Assembly: GCA_031285625.1 (NCBI GenBank)
Contig: JAITVV010000064.1
Coordinates: forward strand, 1-24,839
DNA from: Prevotella sp.
GTDB lineage: Bacteria > Bacteroidota > Bacteroidia > Bacteroidales > Dysgonomonadaceae
Length of the DNA stretch: 24,839 bases
Direction of reading: 5' to 3'
This document shows, piece after piece, positions 1 to 9,124 of this stretch (the first letter of the stretch is position 1; each line of letters begins with the position of its first letter). The notes below the pieces were generated by a model. It searched no databases, was not told the DNA's origin, and was given only the letters and a program-made list of their open reading frames with translations. The translations under genes were made by a program, and so were the position numbers.

Positions 1-6
1 ATTCAT
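1..6 (-). CDS. Possible start (ATG AAT...) of a minus-strand gene running off the left edge; product unknown
   Basis: The minus strand reads ...CTTAACTAAACTAGAAAATTATGAAT, an ATG in a typical AT-rich Bacteroidota leader, divergent from the regulator at 494. Only 2 codons are visible. Confidence 0.3.
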
Positions 7-493
7 AATTTTCTAGTTTAGTTAAGTATGTATGATTTAATATTTATAGTTTTATGGTTTGAAAAATGATTTTGAAAAAAATCAATGCCTTGAGGAACCT
101 CCTTTACGATTTTCACAAACAGAAGCAAGACAATGGAACAAAGACAAATACTATATAACAAGCAGCATTTTTTGATACTCCATATTATTCAAGACATTGA
201 ATTTTTTCATTGAATATAAAAGTCCTGTTTCTAGAAAAAATAGTGAATAAAAGTTGCCATGTCAATGAAATTGTATCCAAAGGTATTAATAAGAGAAATA
301 AGGTTAATGACACAGATTGCTTGTGTTAGAGAATTGTATTCTATATTATGTAGTTTTTTTTCGAAAATCGACAGATAGTGTCTGTTTTGATTTTTTTGCC
401 ATTTTTTTGTCAAATTTTTATCATTTTATGTCTCATACTGTATATGAATTAATTTGTATTTTTAAGTGATAAAACACTTTTAATATTTAAAGA

Positions 494-1477
494 ATGAGAG
501 ATTCTAATTTTTTGACTAATTTTATTAATGCCCTGTATCAAAAAATAAAAAAAAGAAGTCAGTTAGTATCCTTTATTTCAGAAACATTGGAAATAGAAAG
601 GGAATCAGCTTCCCGCAGATTAAACGGAAGTGTAAACTTTAGTGTCGAAGAAATGGGTATCCTATCATTAAAATTGGGGATATCACTAGACGGTCTGATC
701 TTTAGTAATGGTGAGCATTTTCACTTTCCATCATTTACAATGTATTCTCCAATGGAGGCAAAATCGCTAAGTACTCTTACGTTAGGTATAGAGGCAGACC
801 TTATTTTTTTGAATGATATTATATTATCCGGATCAACAGAATATGGTTCAATGTTTTCATTTATCCCTCTTCACTTTTTGATGCCTTATAACTCTCTAGT
901 GAAATTTATATACTTCAAATGGGGATACTATTATACTGGGGCCGCTGATTTTGATAATTATGAGGATTGGGTGATTCCCAAGGATTTACTAAAACTTAGT
1001 GATAAGACATTATACCTATGTAGTAAAGTTGAAAGAATGACATATATATGGGATTGCTCTGCTATTTGGTCTTTTGTTAATGATATAATGTATTTTGCCT
1101 CTATCGGTTCATTAAATAATAATGATTTGAAATTGATCAAAGATGATTTGCATAGTATGCTTTATCAGTTTGAAGAAATGCTTAAAGGCACTCATTCTAC
1201 ATTATTTGGACTGAAGGATGTTGAAATCTATATATCAGAAGTAAGTTTAGGCGCTTGCTTTTCTTATCATATTTCAAAAGATAAATGGTGTAGTAATTTC
1301 CATACTTATTTTGTCGGAACTGGCTATAATGAAGACTATAATACTACTATGCAGCTTCGTGATTGGATGAATTCAATGAAGAAGATATGTTCTTTAATTT
1401 CTGGTAGCGGTATTCGGGAAAGAAAACGCTTCTTTTACCAACAACATAGTATTGTAGATACAATAAGCGTGGAGTAA
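494..1477 (+). CDS. Putative transcriptional regulator with N-terminal HTH (BetR/XRE-like) and an uncharacterised C-terminal domain; Bacteroidota family
   Basis: 327-aa ORF. The N-terminus LVSFISETLEIERESASRRLNGSVNFSVEEMGILSLKLGISLD fits the HTH pattern of this family, and the C-terminus has W..SMKK.cSLISGSG..ER..FF. Confidence 0.7.
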   Translation: MRDSNFLTNFINALYQKIKKRSQLVSFISETLEIERESASRRLNGSVNFSVEEMGILSLKLGISLDGLIFSNGEHFHFPSFTMYSPMEAKSLSTLTLGIEADLIFLNDIILSGSTEYGSMFSFIPLHFLMPYNSLVKFIYFKWGYYYTGAADFDNYEDWVIPKDLLKLSDKTLYLCSKVERMTYIWDCSAIWSFVNDIMYFASIGSLNNNDLKLIKDDLHSMLYQFEEMLKGTHSTLFGLKDVEIYISEVSLGACFSYHISKDKWCSNFHTYFVGTGYNEDYNTTMQLRDWMNSMKKICSLISGSGIRERKRFFYQQHSIVDTISVE

Positions 1478-1505
1478 GGTGTTCTTCCCGAATACTGATA
1501 ATCTA

Positions 1506-1940
1506 TTATAGATTTATGCTTCCTTCTAATCTGATATCTTCAGATGAAGCTCCTATCATGAAATGATAATTGCCTTTTGGAGTTATAAATGATTTTGTTT
1601 ATTCATCCCAATATCTCAGTTGTTCTTTCAATATCTTTATTTCTATTTTCTTTGATTCATTTTTCTTTAATGTTGTACGCTGGAAACCTTTAAGTTGTTT
1701 CAATGGCATAATCTGTCCTGTTTCTGGTAATTTTACATATACCTGAGATACTTCATCACCATCTCTTTGTCCTGCATTCTTAACATTAAATGATATGGAA
1801 ACTGCCTCTCCATTTTCATGAATATTTATATCAGTATAATTGAAAGTAGTATAACTCAATTCGTAGCCAAAAGGGTATAATGGTTTTCCCTCAAAGTATT
1901 GATAGGTACGTCCTTTTGTTATATCATAGTCACCTAGCAT
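1506..1940 (-). pseudogene. C-terminal remnant of a GH3 beta-glucosidase/xylosidase (end of GH3_C plus Fn3-like domain), 5'-truncated with an internal stop
   Basis: DYDITKGRTYQYF..PLYPFGYELSYTTF and VKNAGQRDGDEVSQVYV..KQLKGFQR are GH3 C-terminal motifs. After the TAA at 1599-1601 the frame continues TKSFITPKGNYHFMIGASSEDIRLEGSINL* (stop 1506-1508). No catalytic N-terminal domain lies upstream. Confidence 0.9.
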
Positions 1941-2120
1941 TCAATTGATAATCATAAGAAAATACGAAGAGTATTTTTCAGGTAATAAGAGTATTTTGAT
2001 ATACTGAAGCGAAATTACTTTATTCAGGATAAAAAAATATGTACAATAATCTTGAGATCATGTAAATAATTTCGATTATTAAATCAGGTATATACTCTGT
2101 AAGAGATTAAAGGAAGGAGG

Positions 2121-3110
2121 TCAATTAATATATTTGATCTTTTTCATGAACTTAGGAGCTACATCAAATCTTTTTATAAAACTCATTTGAAGAGTACCTG
2201 TATCGAAAATCATTTTCAGAGAATTGGTGCGTGTTACATACATTCTGTTGATGACGGATGATAACCCTATTGACCAGTCATCAGCATTGTAGCCAGCTGA
2301 GATACGGGGGAATACGGATGGCGATATTATCACTTTTTTGAAGTCACTTGTATTTTCTATACCTAAATTCATCCCCACAGATACACCTCCTGATAAGAAG
2401 AAATTCTTGTTGATAACCCAGTTATACACATATCCGCCGCTAACACTAAACTGATAATTTCTCAGCTTTTTGTATTCATTCAAATAAAAAGTACTATCAG
2501 ATTGTATCTCATTATAATATATACCTCCCCCGAGTTGCCAGCTTCCGGCTGACTTTAGCTGTTTCTCACTTTGGTTGAAAGCTGCTCTGTACGAGAATTT
2601 TTTATTGTTAAATACATATTGTCCATGTACGCCATATTGTACAACCTTTATATCAGGATAGATTTCAAATACATCATCCTTTTCCTCGGTATAAAATCCT
2701 TTGTACCGTTGGAAAAATATGTCAGCAATAAATTTTCGTCCATAATAGTGATACTGAAAGTCAAGTGATTTAGTGTTTCCCCGGTCTTTATCTCTCATAA
2801 ATCCAAATCCATAGCCACCACTTAATGAATAATTCTTGTATGTAATACCTAATCCCAGACTAACAGGACTGTTGGGCATATATGTTAATTCGTTATCATC
2901 ATCAATCTCATGAGTAATGGATGTATATTTATAATAAACATGGGGCTTGATGGATAGTTCATGGTCATAAGGTTGTATATAAGAGCTATCTACCTGTGCA
3001 AGGCAATAAGATGAAAATAGAGATAGAATCAAAGAGAAGATTACTGATTTTGTGTATGATAAATTTAATGAAGTCTTATCTGATGGCATCTTATTAGTTT
3101 TAATTCTCAA
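2121..3110 (-). CDS. DUF4421-family outer-membrane beta-barrel protein
   Basis: Signal peptide, alternating aromatic/Gly beta-strands, and the motif FSYRAAFNQSEKQLKSAGSW. The true start may be the ATG at 3089. Confidence 0.75.
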   Translation of the reverse strand: MRIKTNKMPSDKTSLNLSYTKSVIFSLILSLFSSYCLAQVDSSYIQPYDHELSIKPHVYYKYTSITHEIDDDNELTYMPNSPVSLGLGITYKNYSLSGGYGFGFMRDKDRGNTKSLDFQYHYYGRKFIADIFFQRYKGFYTEEKDDVFEIYPDIKVVQYGVHGQYVFNNKKFSYRAAFNQSEKQLKSAGSWQLGGGIYYNEIQSDSTFYLNEYKKLRNYQFSVSGGYVYNWVINKNFFLSGGVSVGMNLGIENTSDFKKVIISPSVFPRISAGYNADDWSIGLSSVINRMYVTRTNSLKMIFDTGTLQMSFIKRFDVAPKFMKKIKYIN

Positions 3111-3260
3111 AATTATGAATTATAAACGAATTAGATGAGTGAATAGTATACCTATTAACGAAATATGTTAATAATGTTTGTAGTATATTCAATTTTATCT
3201 CCGTATCCCTTTATACACTATTAGAATACGGAGCAAAAATGAAAAGGTTGGAAAGTCTGA

Positions 3261-3677
3261 CTAATTGTAGTTTACCATCCAGTATATACCAAATTTGTCA
3301 ACTACATGACCAAATAAGGTACTCCAGAAAGTTTTTTCAAGAGGCATAAGTATTTTACCTCCTTCCGATAAAGCTTTAAATATACGTTTTGCATCCTCTT
3401 CTTTTTCTGTACTTATAGATAAGGATATATTATCTCCAAATTTTGTAACTACTCCAAAATATTCGGATGAATCGGCCCCCATCAATACAGTATTTCCTCC
3501 GATAGGAAGTGAAACATGCATAATCTTTTCTTTCTCTGTATCAGGTACAGATTGCTCTCCGGGCATGTCTTTATAACGGCCTATATATTCAAATTCTCCA
3601 CCAAATATTGATTTGTAGAATTTAAATGCACCTTCACAATTACCATTGAATGATAAGTACGGATTAATTGTTGCCAT
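3261..3677 (-). CDS. VOC family protein (PhnB/YjdN-like)
   Basis: INPYLSFNGNCEGAFKFYKSIFGG, KIMHVSL, MPLEKTFW, DKFGIYWMVN. Confidence 0.92.
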   Translation of the reverse strand: MATINPYLSFNGNCEGAFKFYKSIFGGEFEYIGRYKDMPGEQSVPDTEKEKIMHVSLPIGGNTVLMGADSSEYFGVVTKFGDNISLSISTEKEEDAKRIFKALSEGGKILMPLEKTFWSTLFGHVVDKFGIYWMVNYN

Positions 3678-3894
3678 CAGTTTTGTGCTTAAATGGATTT
3701 ATACTCTAAAAACTAACAAGTGTCATTACTTTTTGATAAACATTCTATGTGTATATAAAGTTTTCAAAAATTTAAAAGATTTTTATTGACTTTTAGTTAA
3801 ATAATATCTTTTGATATTATTTTATTGAAGAGCATCAATTTTAGCCTTGATTACAACCCAATATTTACGTAAAATACTTGATATTAAGGAAATT

Positions 3895-5595
3895 TTATTC
3901 GTTTTCTTTTAATATTGCTCTAGCTCTGTCCAATGCAATATTAATATTCTCACAAATATTTATTTCACCTATCATATCAGGTATCTCAGAATGTCTGATC
4001 ATAGCATGTACTTCAGGCCTAACACCTGATAGTATCACTTGTATACCATCATTCATCGATTTTTTGCACAGGCTTGTAAGGTTATGTAATCCTGTAGAAT
4101 CTATAAAGGGGACCAAACGCATTCTTATAATCCGTATTTTCGAATTATCTCCGATAATGCGCATACTTTCATCAAATTTGTTAGCTATGCCAAAAAAGAA
4201 AGGGCCATCTATCTCATATACCTCTACTTCATCTGGCAAGGTAAGAATTTCTTCATCTTGTGTGAATTCGCTTTCATCTGTTAGGTCAAGCTGGTTTTTA
4301 ATCACCGAAACATGGGTTACATCATTTATGCGTTTCAGGAATAATACTACAGCTAGTAATAATCCTACTTCGATAGCTATAGTCAGGTCGAATATCACGG
4401 TCAGGAAGAATGTGATCAATAATACAGCTACATCTGATTTTTGGTTTTTCAGTAAGGCTTTAAATGTGCGCCACTCACTCATGTTGTATGCCACAATAAC
4501 CAATACTCCAGCCAGGCAAGCCATCGGAATATACTGTGCTAATGGCATTAGCAATAACAGAATCAATAAAAGAACAACAGCATGTACAATACCTGCAACA
4601 GGCGTACGTCCTCCATTGTTTATATTTGTCATAGTACGGGCAATAGCTCCAGTAGCAGGGATACCACCAAACAAAGGAGTGATGATATTTGCTATCCCTT
4701 GTGCAATAAGTTCAGTATTGGAATTATGTTTTTCTCCTCCAATAACGCCATCAGCAACAGTAGCTGATAGTAACGATTCTATTGCTCCCAGTAAAGCTAT
4801 CGTGATAGCAACCGGAAGTAAATCTGTAATGGCAGCCATATTGATGTCGGGTATTGCTGCATCTGGAATTTCAGCATTGATTCTGAAGCGATCTCCAATT
4901 GTATCAATAACGTTTATGTCTGCATAAGTTTTTAGCAGATATACAACTATTGTAATTATAACAATAGATACCAATGATCCGGGAATCTTTTTTACAACTC
5001 TTGGAGTGATTACTATAATAAATATACTTGCTATACTGATGATTGTATTCCACCAGTTAATTGTATCAAAGTGCTTAAAATACATAATCCATTTGCCGAT
5101 AAAGTCTCCCGGCACTTTTTCTCCTCCAAAACTCAAACCGAAAATATCCGCTATTTGTGTTGTGAAGATTGTAACAGCAATACCACTGGTAAATCCCACA
5201 ATAATAGGATAGGGGATAAACTTAATTATTTTGCCTAATTTAAATACTCCCAGAAGAATAAGTATAACTCCGGCAATGATGGTGGCAATGAGCAACCCTT
5301 TTATACCATGGGTTTGTACAACTCCATATACAATAACGATAAAAGCGCCTGTCGGTCCTCCTATCTGTACACGGCTCCCTCCGAGAAATGATATAATAAA
5401 TCCAGCTATAATTGCAGTAATAATACCTTGTTCCGGAGTTACTCCCGATGCGATACCAAAGGCCAGCGCTAAAGGTAAAGCTACAATGCCAACTATGAGG
5501 CCGGACATGAGATCACTTACAAATTTTTCTTTATTATATGTTTTTAATGAGATAAACAACTGTGGAGTGAAGTCTTTGAGAAAATCTTTGTTCAT
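3895..5595 (-). CDS. SulP-family inorganic anion (sulfate/bicarbonate) transporter with C-terminal STAS domain
   Basis: DLMSGLIVGIVALPLALAFGIASG, GGSRVQIGGPTGAF, ELIAQGIAN, ATGAIART; STAS motif IDGPFFFG..PFIDSTG. Confidence 0.95.
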   Translation of the reverse strand: MNKDFLKDFTPQLFISLKTYNKEKFVSDLMSGLIVGIVALPLALAFGIASGVTPEQGIITAIIAGFIISFLGGSRVQIGGPTGAFIVIVYGVVQTHGIKGLLIATIIAGVILILLGVFKLGKIIKFIPYPIIVGFTSGIAVTIFTTQIADIFGLSFGGEKVPGDFIGKWIMYFKHFDTINWWNTIISIASIFIIVITPRVVKKIPGSLVSIVIITIVVYLLKTYADINVIDTIGDRFRINAEIPDAAIPDINMAAITDLLPVAITIALLGAIESLLSATVADGVIGGEKHNSNTELIAQGIANIITPLFGGIPATGAIARTMTNINNGGRTPVAGIVHAVVLLLILLLLMPLAQYIPMACLAGVLVIVAYNMSEWRTFKALLKNQKSDVAVLLITFFLTVIFDLTIAIEVGLLLAVVLFLKRINDVTHVSVIKNQLDLTDESEFTQDEEILTLPDEVEVYEIDGPFFFGIANKFDESMRIIGDNSKIRIIRMRLVPFIDSTGLHNLTSLCKKSMNDGIQVILSGVRPEVHAMIRHSEIPDMIGEINICENINIALDRARAILKENE

Positions 5596-5754
5596 AACAA
5601 ATCAATAAAAACAATTGATGATTGATAAATATTTACAATAAAAATATAGAATACCTTAATAGATAGTTGATTATGCAATAAAATGTTTTTTTGTTTAGAC
5701 CCTTTCTAATTAACTGGCCTAAAAGGCGTTATTTCTATACCGTATTTAAGACCA

Positions 5755-5762
5755 CAAAGGTA
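5755..5762 (-). promoter_or_regulatory. Bacteroidota -7 promoter element (TACCTTTG) for the SulP gene
   Basis: CAAAGGTA on + matches the TAnnTTTG consensus on -. It is divergent from the rbr promoter. Confidence 0.55.
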
Positions 5763-5804
5763 TAAAATCATTTGAAATCTTTTTCAGAAAAGGATTTTAA
5801 ATAC

Positions 5805-5812
5805 TAAATTTG
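5805..5812 (+). promoter_or_regulatory. Bacteroidota -7 promoter element (TAAATTTG) for rubrerythrin
   Basis: TAnnTTTG match about 35 nt upstream of the ATG at 5847. Confidence 0.65.
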
Positions 5813-5846
5813 TACAAAGTCAATTTTTTAAAACTATCATCAAGTT

Positions 5847-6425
5847 ATGGAAAAAAGTATTAAAGGCACGGAAACAGAAAAATGCCTGTTAAAATCATTT
5901 GCTGGAGAATCTCAAGCAAGAATGCGTTACACGATGTTTGCAAGCACTGCAAAAAAAGAAGGTTATGAACAAATAGCTGCTATATTTCTTGAAACAGCAG
6001 ATCAGGAAAAAGAACATGCAAAACGTATGTTTAAATTTCTTGAAGGCGGTATGGTAGAAATTACTGCTATGTATCCTGCAGGAAAGATAGGAACAACAGA
6101 AGAAAATCTTATCGAAGCTGCTGCCGGTGAGCATGAAGAATGGGCTATAGATTACCCTGCCTTTGCTGATATAGCAGAAAAAGAAGGATTTAAGGAAGTT
6201 GCTGTAATGTACCGCATGGTTGCTAAAGTAGAAAACATGCACGAAGATCGTTACAAAGCTTTACTTGCACGCGTGCAAAGCAATGGTGTGTTCTCTCGTG
6301 AAGAAGCTATTGACTGGCAATGTCGTAATTGCGGGTTTGTAATTAAGAGTAAGGTTGCTCCAAAAACTTGTCCTGCATGTCTTCATCCTCAAGCTTACTT
6401 TGAGCCATTGAAATGGAATTTCTAA
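5847..6425 (+). CDS. rbr: Rubrerythrin
   Basis: FAGESQARMRY, ETADQEKEHAKR and E..HE di-iron ligands; C-terminal rubredoxin-like WQCRNCG...CPACLHP. Confidence 0.97.
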   Translation: MEKSIKGTETEKCLLKSFAGESQARMRYTMFASTAKKEGYEQIAAIFLETADQEKEHAKRMFKFLEGGMVEITAMYPAGKIGTTEENLIEAAAGEHEEWAIDYPAFADIAEKEGFKEVAVMYRMVAKVENMHEDRYKALLARVQSNGVFSREEAIDWQCRNCGFVIKSKVAPKTCPACLHPQAYFEPLKWNF

Positions 6426-6435
6426 TCGGATTAAT

Positions 6436-6479
6436 TAAAAAATAAAAGCAACTGAAGATTCAGTTGCTTTTATTTTTTA
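6436..6479. terminator. Bidirectional intrinsic terminator between convergent rbr and alkaline phosphatase
   Basis: Perfect inverted repeat TAAAAAATAAAAGCAACTGAA-GA-TTCAGTTGCTTTTATTTTTTA with T-tracts on both strands. Confidence 0.9.
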
Positions 6480-6493
6480 TATGAATCTCTGGT

Positions 6494-8143
6494 CTACAAT
6501 TTACCAGCTAAACTGCGTGGTATGTAGAATGTGTCGTTTTTATCTATATATACTGTTACAGAGCGTAATGTAATTGGCTGGTCATTCAGGTATGCTACGG
6601 ACTTGAATGCAGGTATAGTTAATGTCATATTGCCTTTCTTTACTTTCAGTACAGGAAAATCCGAAGATTTATCAATACTATATTCCATACCATTAAATAC
6701 ATCAGTATGTTTTGCGAATATTTCATTAGTCATTTCTGCCAGGGTTGTTTTTATGCCCAAAGCATCAGCGAGGTATTGATTGATCTCTATATTCGTATTC
6801 ATTCCGATAGGCAGGTCCCCATTCGGATGATAAGCTGCAAGGAATACTTCTTCTCCGGTATGCCCTCCGGTTGTGAATCCGAAATATGTATGTTCATCCA
6901 TGATTTTGATGATACTGGAACCCATATTCACACTGTTACTTACTTTCATGTAATCGGCTTCTTTATAATTTTTAGAGTTTAGTAGCAGGTCTAATTCTTC
7001 CTGATTCAGATCTATATTGGTATATTCTTTGAAAATACTTTTAAAATCTTCCGGTTTAGATTTTAATAATATTCTTTCCAGTCCTTCTCCAGTTTTTTTA
7101 TATTGCGAGACATTTTTGAATAATTTATCTAAACTTGCCTTATCATAGCTTTTCAGATCTCTGCGTCCGATTGTAAATCCGCTATTTCCATGATCAGGCA
7201 AAACAATAACAGTTGTCTCGCCATTTTTTTGAGCAAAGTCCATCACAGTTGCTACAGCTTTGTCGAAAGCAAGATATTCGGTGATGCATCCTATTGCATC
7301 ATTACCATGTGCAGACCAGTCTATCTTACTGCCTTCTACCATCAGGAAGAATCCGTTTTCATTTTGGGATAATCTGTCAAGAGCCTTTTTAGTCATTTCA
7401 TCTAATGAGGGAATTACATTAGGGTCTCTATCTAGGTCATATGGATGTTCTCTTTCACAAAACAGAGCCCACACGTTTTCTTTCCCGTTAAAGTCGCGAA
7501 AAGCTTTTATATCATCTTGGATCAGTTTTGTTCCTGTATTCTTGAAATACTGTTTAATATCATCTGTTAGAATTGAATTCCCACCACCAAACATAACATC
7601 CAGATTCTGGTATGCCATTTGCGAAGCTATATATTCATATTTCCCTCTGGCATAATAATGTGCCGCACAATCGGCAGGTGTTGCATGAGGAAATTCTACA
7701 GTTACGACTAATCCGGTAGCTTTATTTTGTTGATATTTTGCTGCCTCTAATATCGTTGCTAATGGCTGGTATGCTTTTGACGGGTCTACTGGTATAAGAT
7801 CATTTTCCGGATCCGCTACTGGGTAGATGGATACATTACCGGTTTGCTGAGGCATACCTGTCATGTATGCAGATGTGGTAGGAGCTGAGTCTCCAATTGG
7901 GGCATTTGATGAATGGGTTTTAACCGTTCCACACAGATAGGGATCAATAGCCAGATTGTTCCCGCCTAGTTTGTTGTAAATCTGATACCAGCGTGCAGCG
8001 GAAACAACACCTATAGAGGTTCCGTCGGGTATCATTACAATGACATTTTTTGTAGGTCTTACTTGTTTGCGGTACTGCTGTTGGGCGCATATCGTAACCG
8101 ATAAGATCAGCAGAAATGACAAGACCATACTTGCTCTTTTCAT
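6494..8143 (-). CDS. phoA: Alkaline phosphatase (PhoA family), secreted
   Basis: Signal peptide; KNVIVMIPDG, GDSAPT (catalytic Ser), HATPA, FFLMVEGSKIDWSAHGND, PDHG, GGHTGEEV. Confidence 0.93.
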   Translation of the reverse strand: MKRASMVLSFLLILSVTICAQQQYRKQVRPTKNVIVMIPDGTSIGVVSAARWYQIYNKLGGNNLAIDPYLCGTVKTHSSNAPIGDSAPTTSAYMTGMPQQTGNVSIYPVADPENDLIPVDPSKAYQPLATILEAAKYQQNKATGLVVTVEFPHATPADCAAHYYARGKYEYIASQMAYQNLDVMFGGGNSILTDDIKQYFKNTGTKLIQDDIKAFRDFNGKENVWALFCEREHPYDLDRDPNVIPSLDEMTKKALDRLSQNENGFFLMVEGSKIDWSAHGNDAIGCITEYLAFDKAVATVMDFAQKNGETTVIVLPDHGNSGFTIGRRDLKSYDKASLDKLFKNVSQYKKTGEGLERILLKSKPEDFKSIFKEYTNIDLNQEELDLLLNSKNYKEADYMKVSNSVNMGSSIIKIMDEHTYFGFTTGGHTGEEVFLAAYHPNGDLPIGMNTNIEINQYLADALGIKTTLAEMTNEIFAKHTDVFNGMEYSIDKSSDFPVLKVKKGNMTLTIPAFKSVAYLNDQPITLRSVTVYIDKNDTFYIPRSLAGKL

Positions 8144-8211
8144 GTTATGTGTATTTGATTAATTAATAAATTAAAAAGAACATCAAATTTACAAAATATA
8201 AATTTGTAGAA

Positions 8212-8219
8212 CAAAGTTA
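8212..8219 (-). promoter_or_regulatory. Candidate -7 element (TAACTTTG) for alkaline phosphatase; an alternative TAAATTTG lies at 8184-8191
   Basis: TAnnTTTG matches on the minus strand upstream of 8143. Confidence 0.45.
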
Positions 8220-8246
8220 CAAGGAAGGATTTAGAAAATATTGATG

Positions 8247-8254
8247 TATCTTTG
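8247..8254 (+). promoter_or_regulatory. Bacteroidota -7 promoter element (TATCTTTG) for surE-lpxB
   Basis: TAnnTTTG consensus match upstream of 8333. Confidence 0.65.
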
Positions 8255-8332
8255 TGTCTTAACTGAAAATTTATTTTTTTAGTTAAATATTTTCATAAAC
8301 TATTCGCTGAACGTAATATAAAACTAAAATAA

Positions 8333-9106
8333 ATGGAGAAGAGAAAGCCTCTGATACTTATTACGAATGATGATGGGTATCAGGCTAAAGGAATAGAAGC
8401 ATTGATAGAAAGTGTAAAAGATTTGGGAGAAGTACTTGTTGTGGCTCCTGATGGTCCTCGTTCAGGAATGTCGAGTGCGATAACATCGTTACAACCATTG
8501 CGTGTACAATTGGTTAAAAATGAGCCGGACTATAAGCTATATATAAGTACCGGTACACCTGTAGACTGTGTAAAATTGGGTATAAATGAACTGGCAGACC
8601 GAAAACCCGACATTGTTCTTTCGGGTGTAAATCATGGTTCTAATGCTGCGGTTGCAGTAATATATTCGGGAACTATGGGTGCAGCTATTGAAGGCGCCGT
8701 ATTTAAAATTCCATCCGTTGGTTTTTCATTGTTAGACCATGGCCACAATGCAGATTTTTCATATACAAAAAAATATATTCACGCCATTACAAAACAGGTT
8801 TTGAATGAAGGATTACCTGCAGGGACATGCCTTAATGTGAATATTCCCAAAGGCAATAGCCTGAAAGGTATCCGGGTTTGCCGTCAGACTTCGGGGCAAT
8901 GGGTGAACGAATTTATGCAATCCAAAGACGGAGCTAATAAGGAAATATACTGGCTGACAGGAAATTTTGTAAACGATGAGCCTCAGGATGAAATGACTGA
9001 TGAATGGGCTTTGGCAAACAGATATGTATCAGTTGTTCCTGTAAAGGTGGATATGACAAATCATGAGCATCTTGCTATGATAAAAACATGGGAATCTATA
9101 ATGTAA
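8333..9106 (+). CDS. surE: 5'/3'-nucleotidase SurE
   Basis: ILITNDDGY, SGMSSAIT, GTPVDCVK, SGVNHGSN, YSGTMGAA. Confidence 0.97.
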   Translation: MEKRKPLILITNDDGYQAKGIEALIESVKDLGEVLVVAPDGPRSGMSSAITSLQPLRVQLVKNEPDYKLYISTGTPVDCVKLGINELADRKPDIVLSGVNHGSNAAVAVIYSGTMGAAIEGAVFKIPSVGFSLLDHGHNADFSYTKKYIHAITKQVLNEGLPAGTCLNVNIPKGNSLKGIRVCRQTSGQWVNEFMQSKDGANKEIYWLTGNFVNDEPQDEMTDEWALANRYVSVVPVKVDMTNHEHLAMIKTWESIM

Positions 9107-9124
9107 TAAAATAAAATCAGGGAA

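Noticed and set aside
231-413. 60-aa minus-strand ORF in the regulator's upstream region
   Set aside because: It has a non-ATG start, low-complexity AT-rich sequence and no motif, and it overlaps the likely promoter/operator region.
3878-4927. 349-aa ORF antisense to SulP (also 5231-5608 and other antisense ORFs over phoA, maeB, S41, rfbA and DUF3160)
   Set aside because: These are shadow ORFs opposite well-conserved genes, with Ile/Ser/Pro-rich sequence typical of the reverse complement of a membrane-protein gene and no recognisable motifs.
5645-5690. Possible OxyR box upstream of rubrerythrin (ATAG-containing tract)
   Set aside because: It does not fit ATAG-N7-CTAT spacing and cannot be distinguished from AT-rich background.
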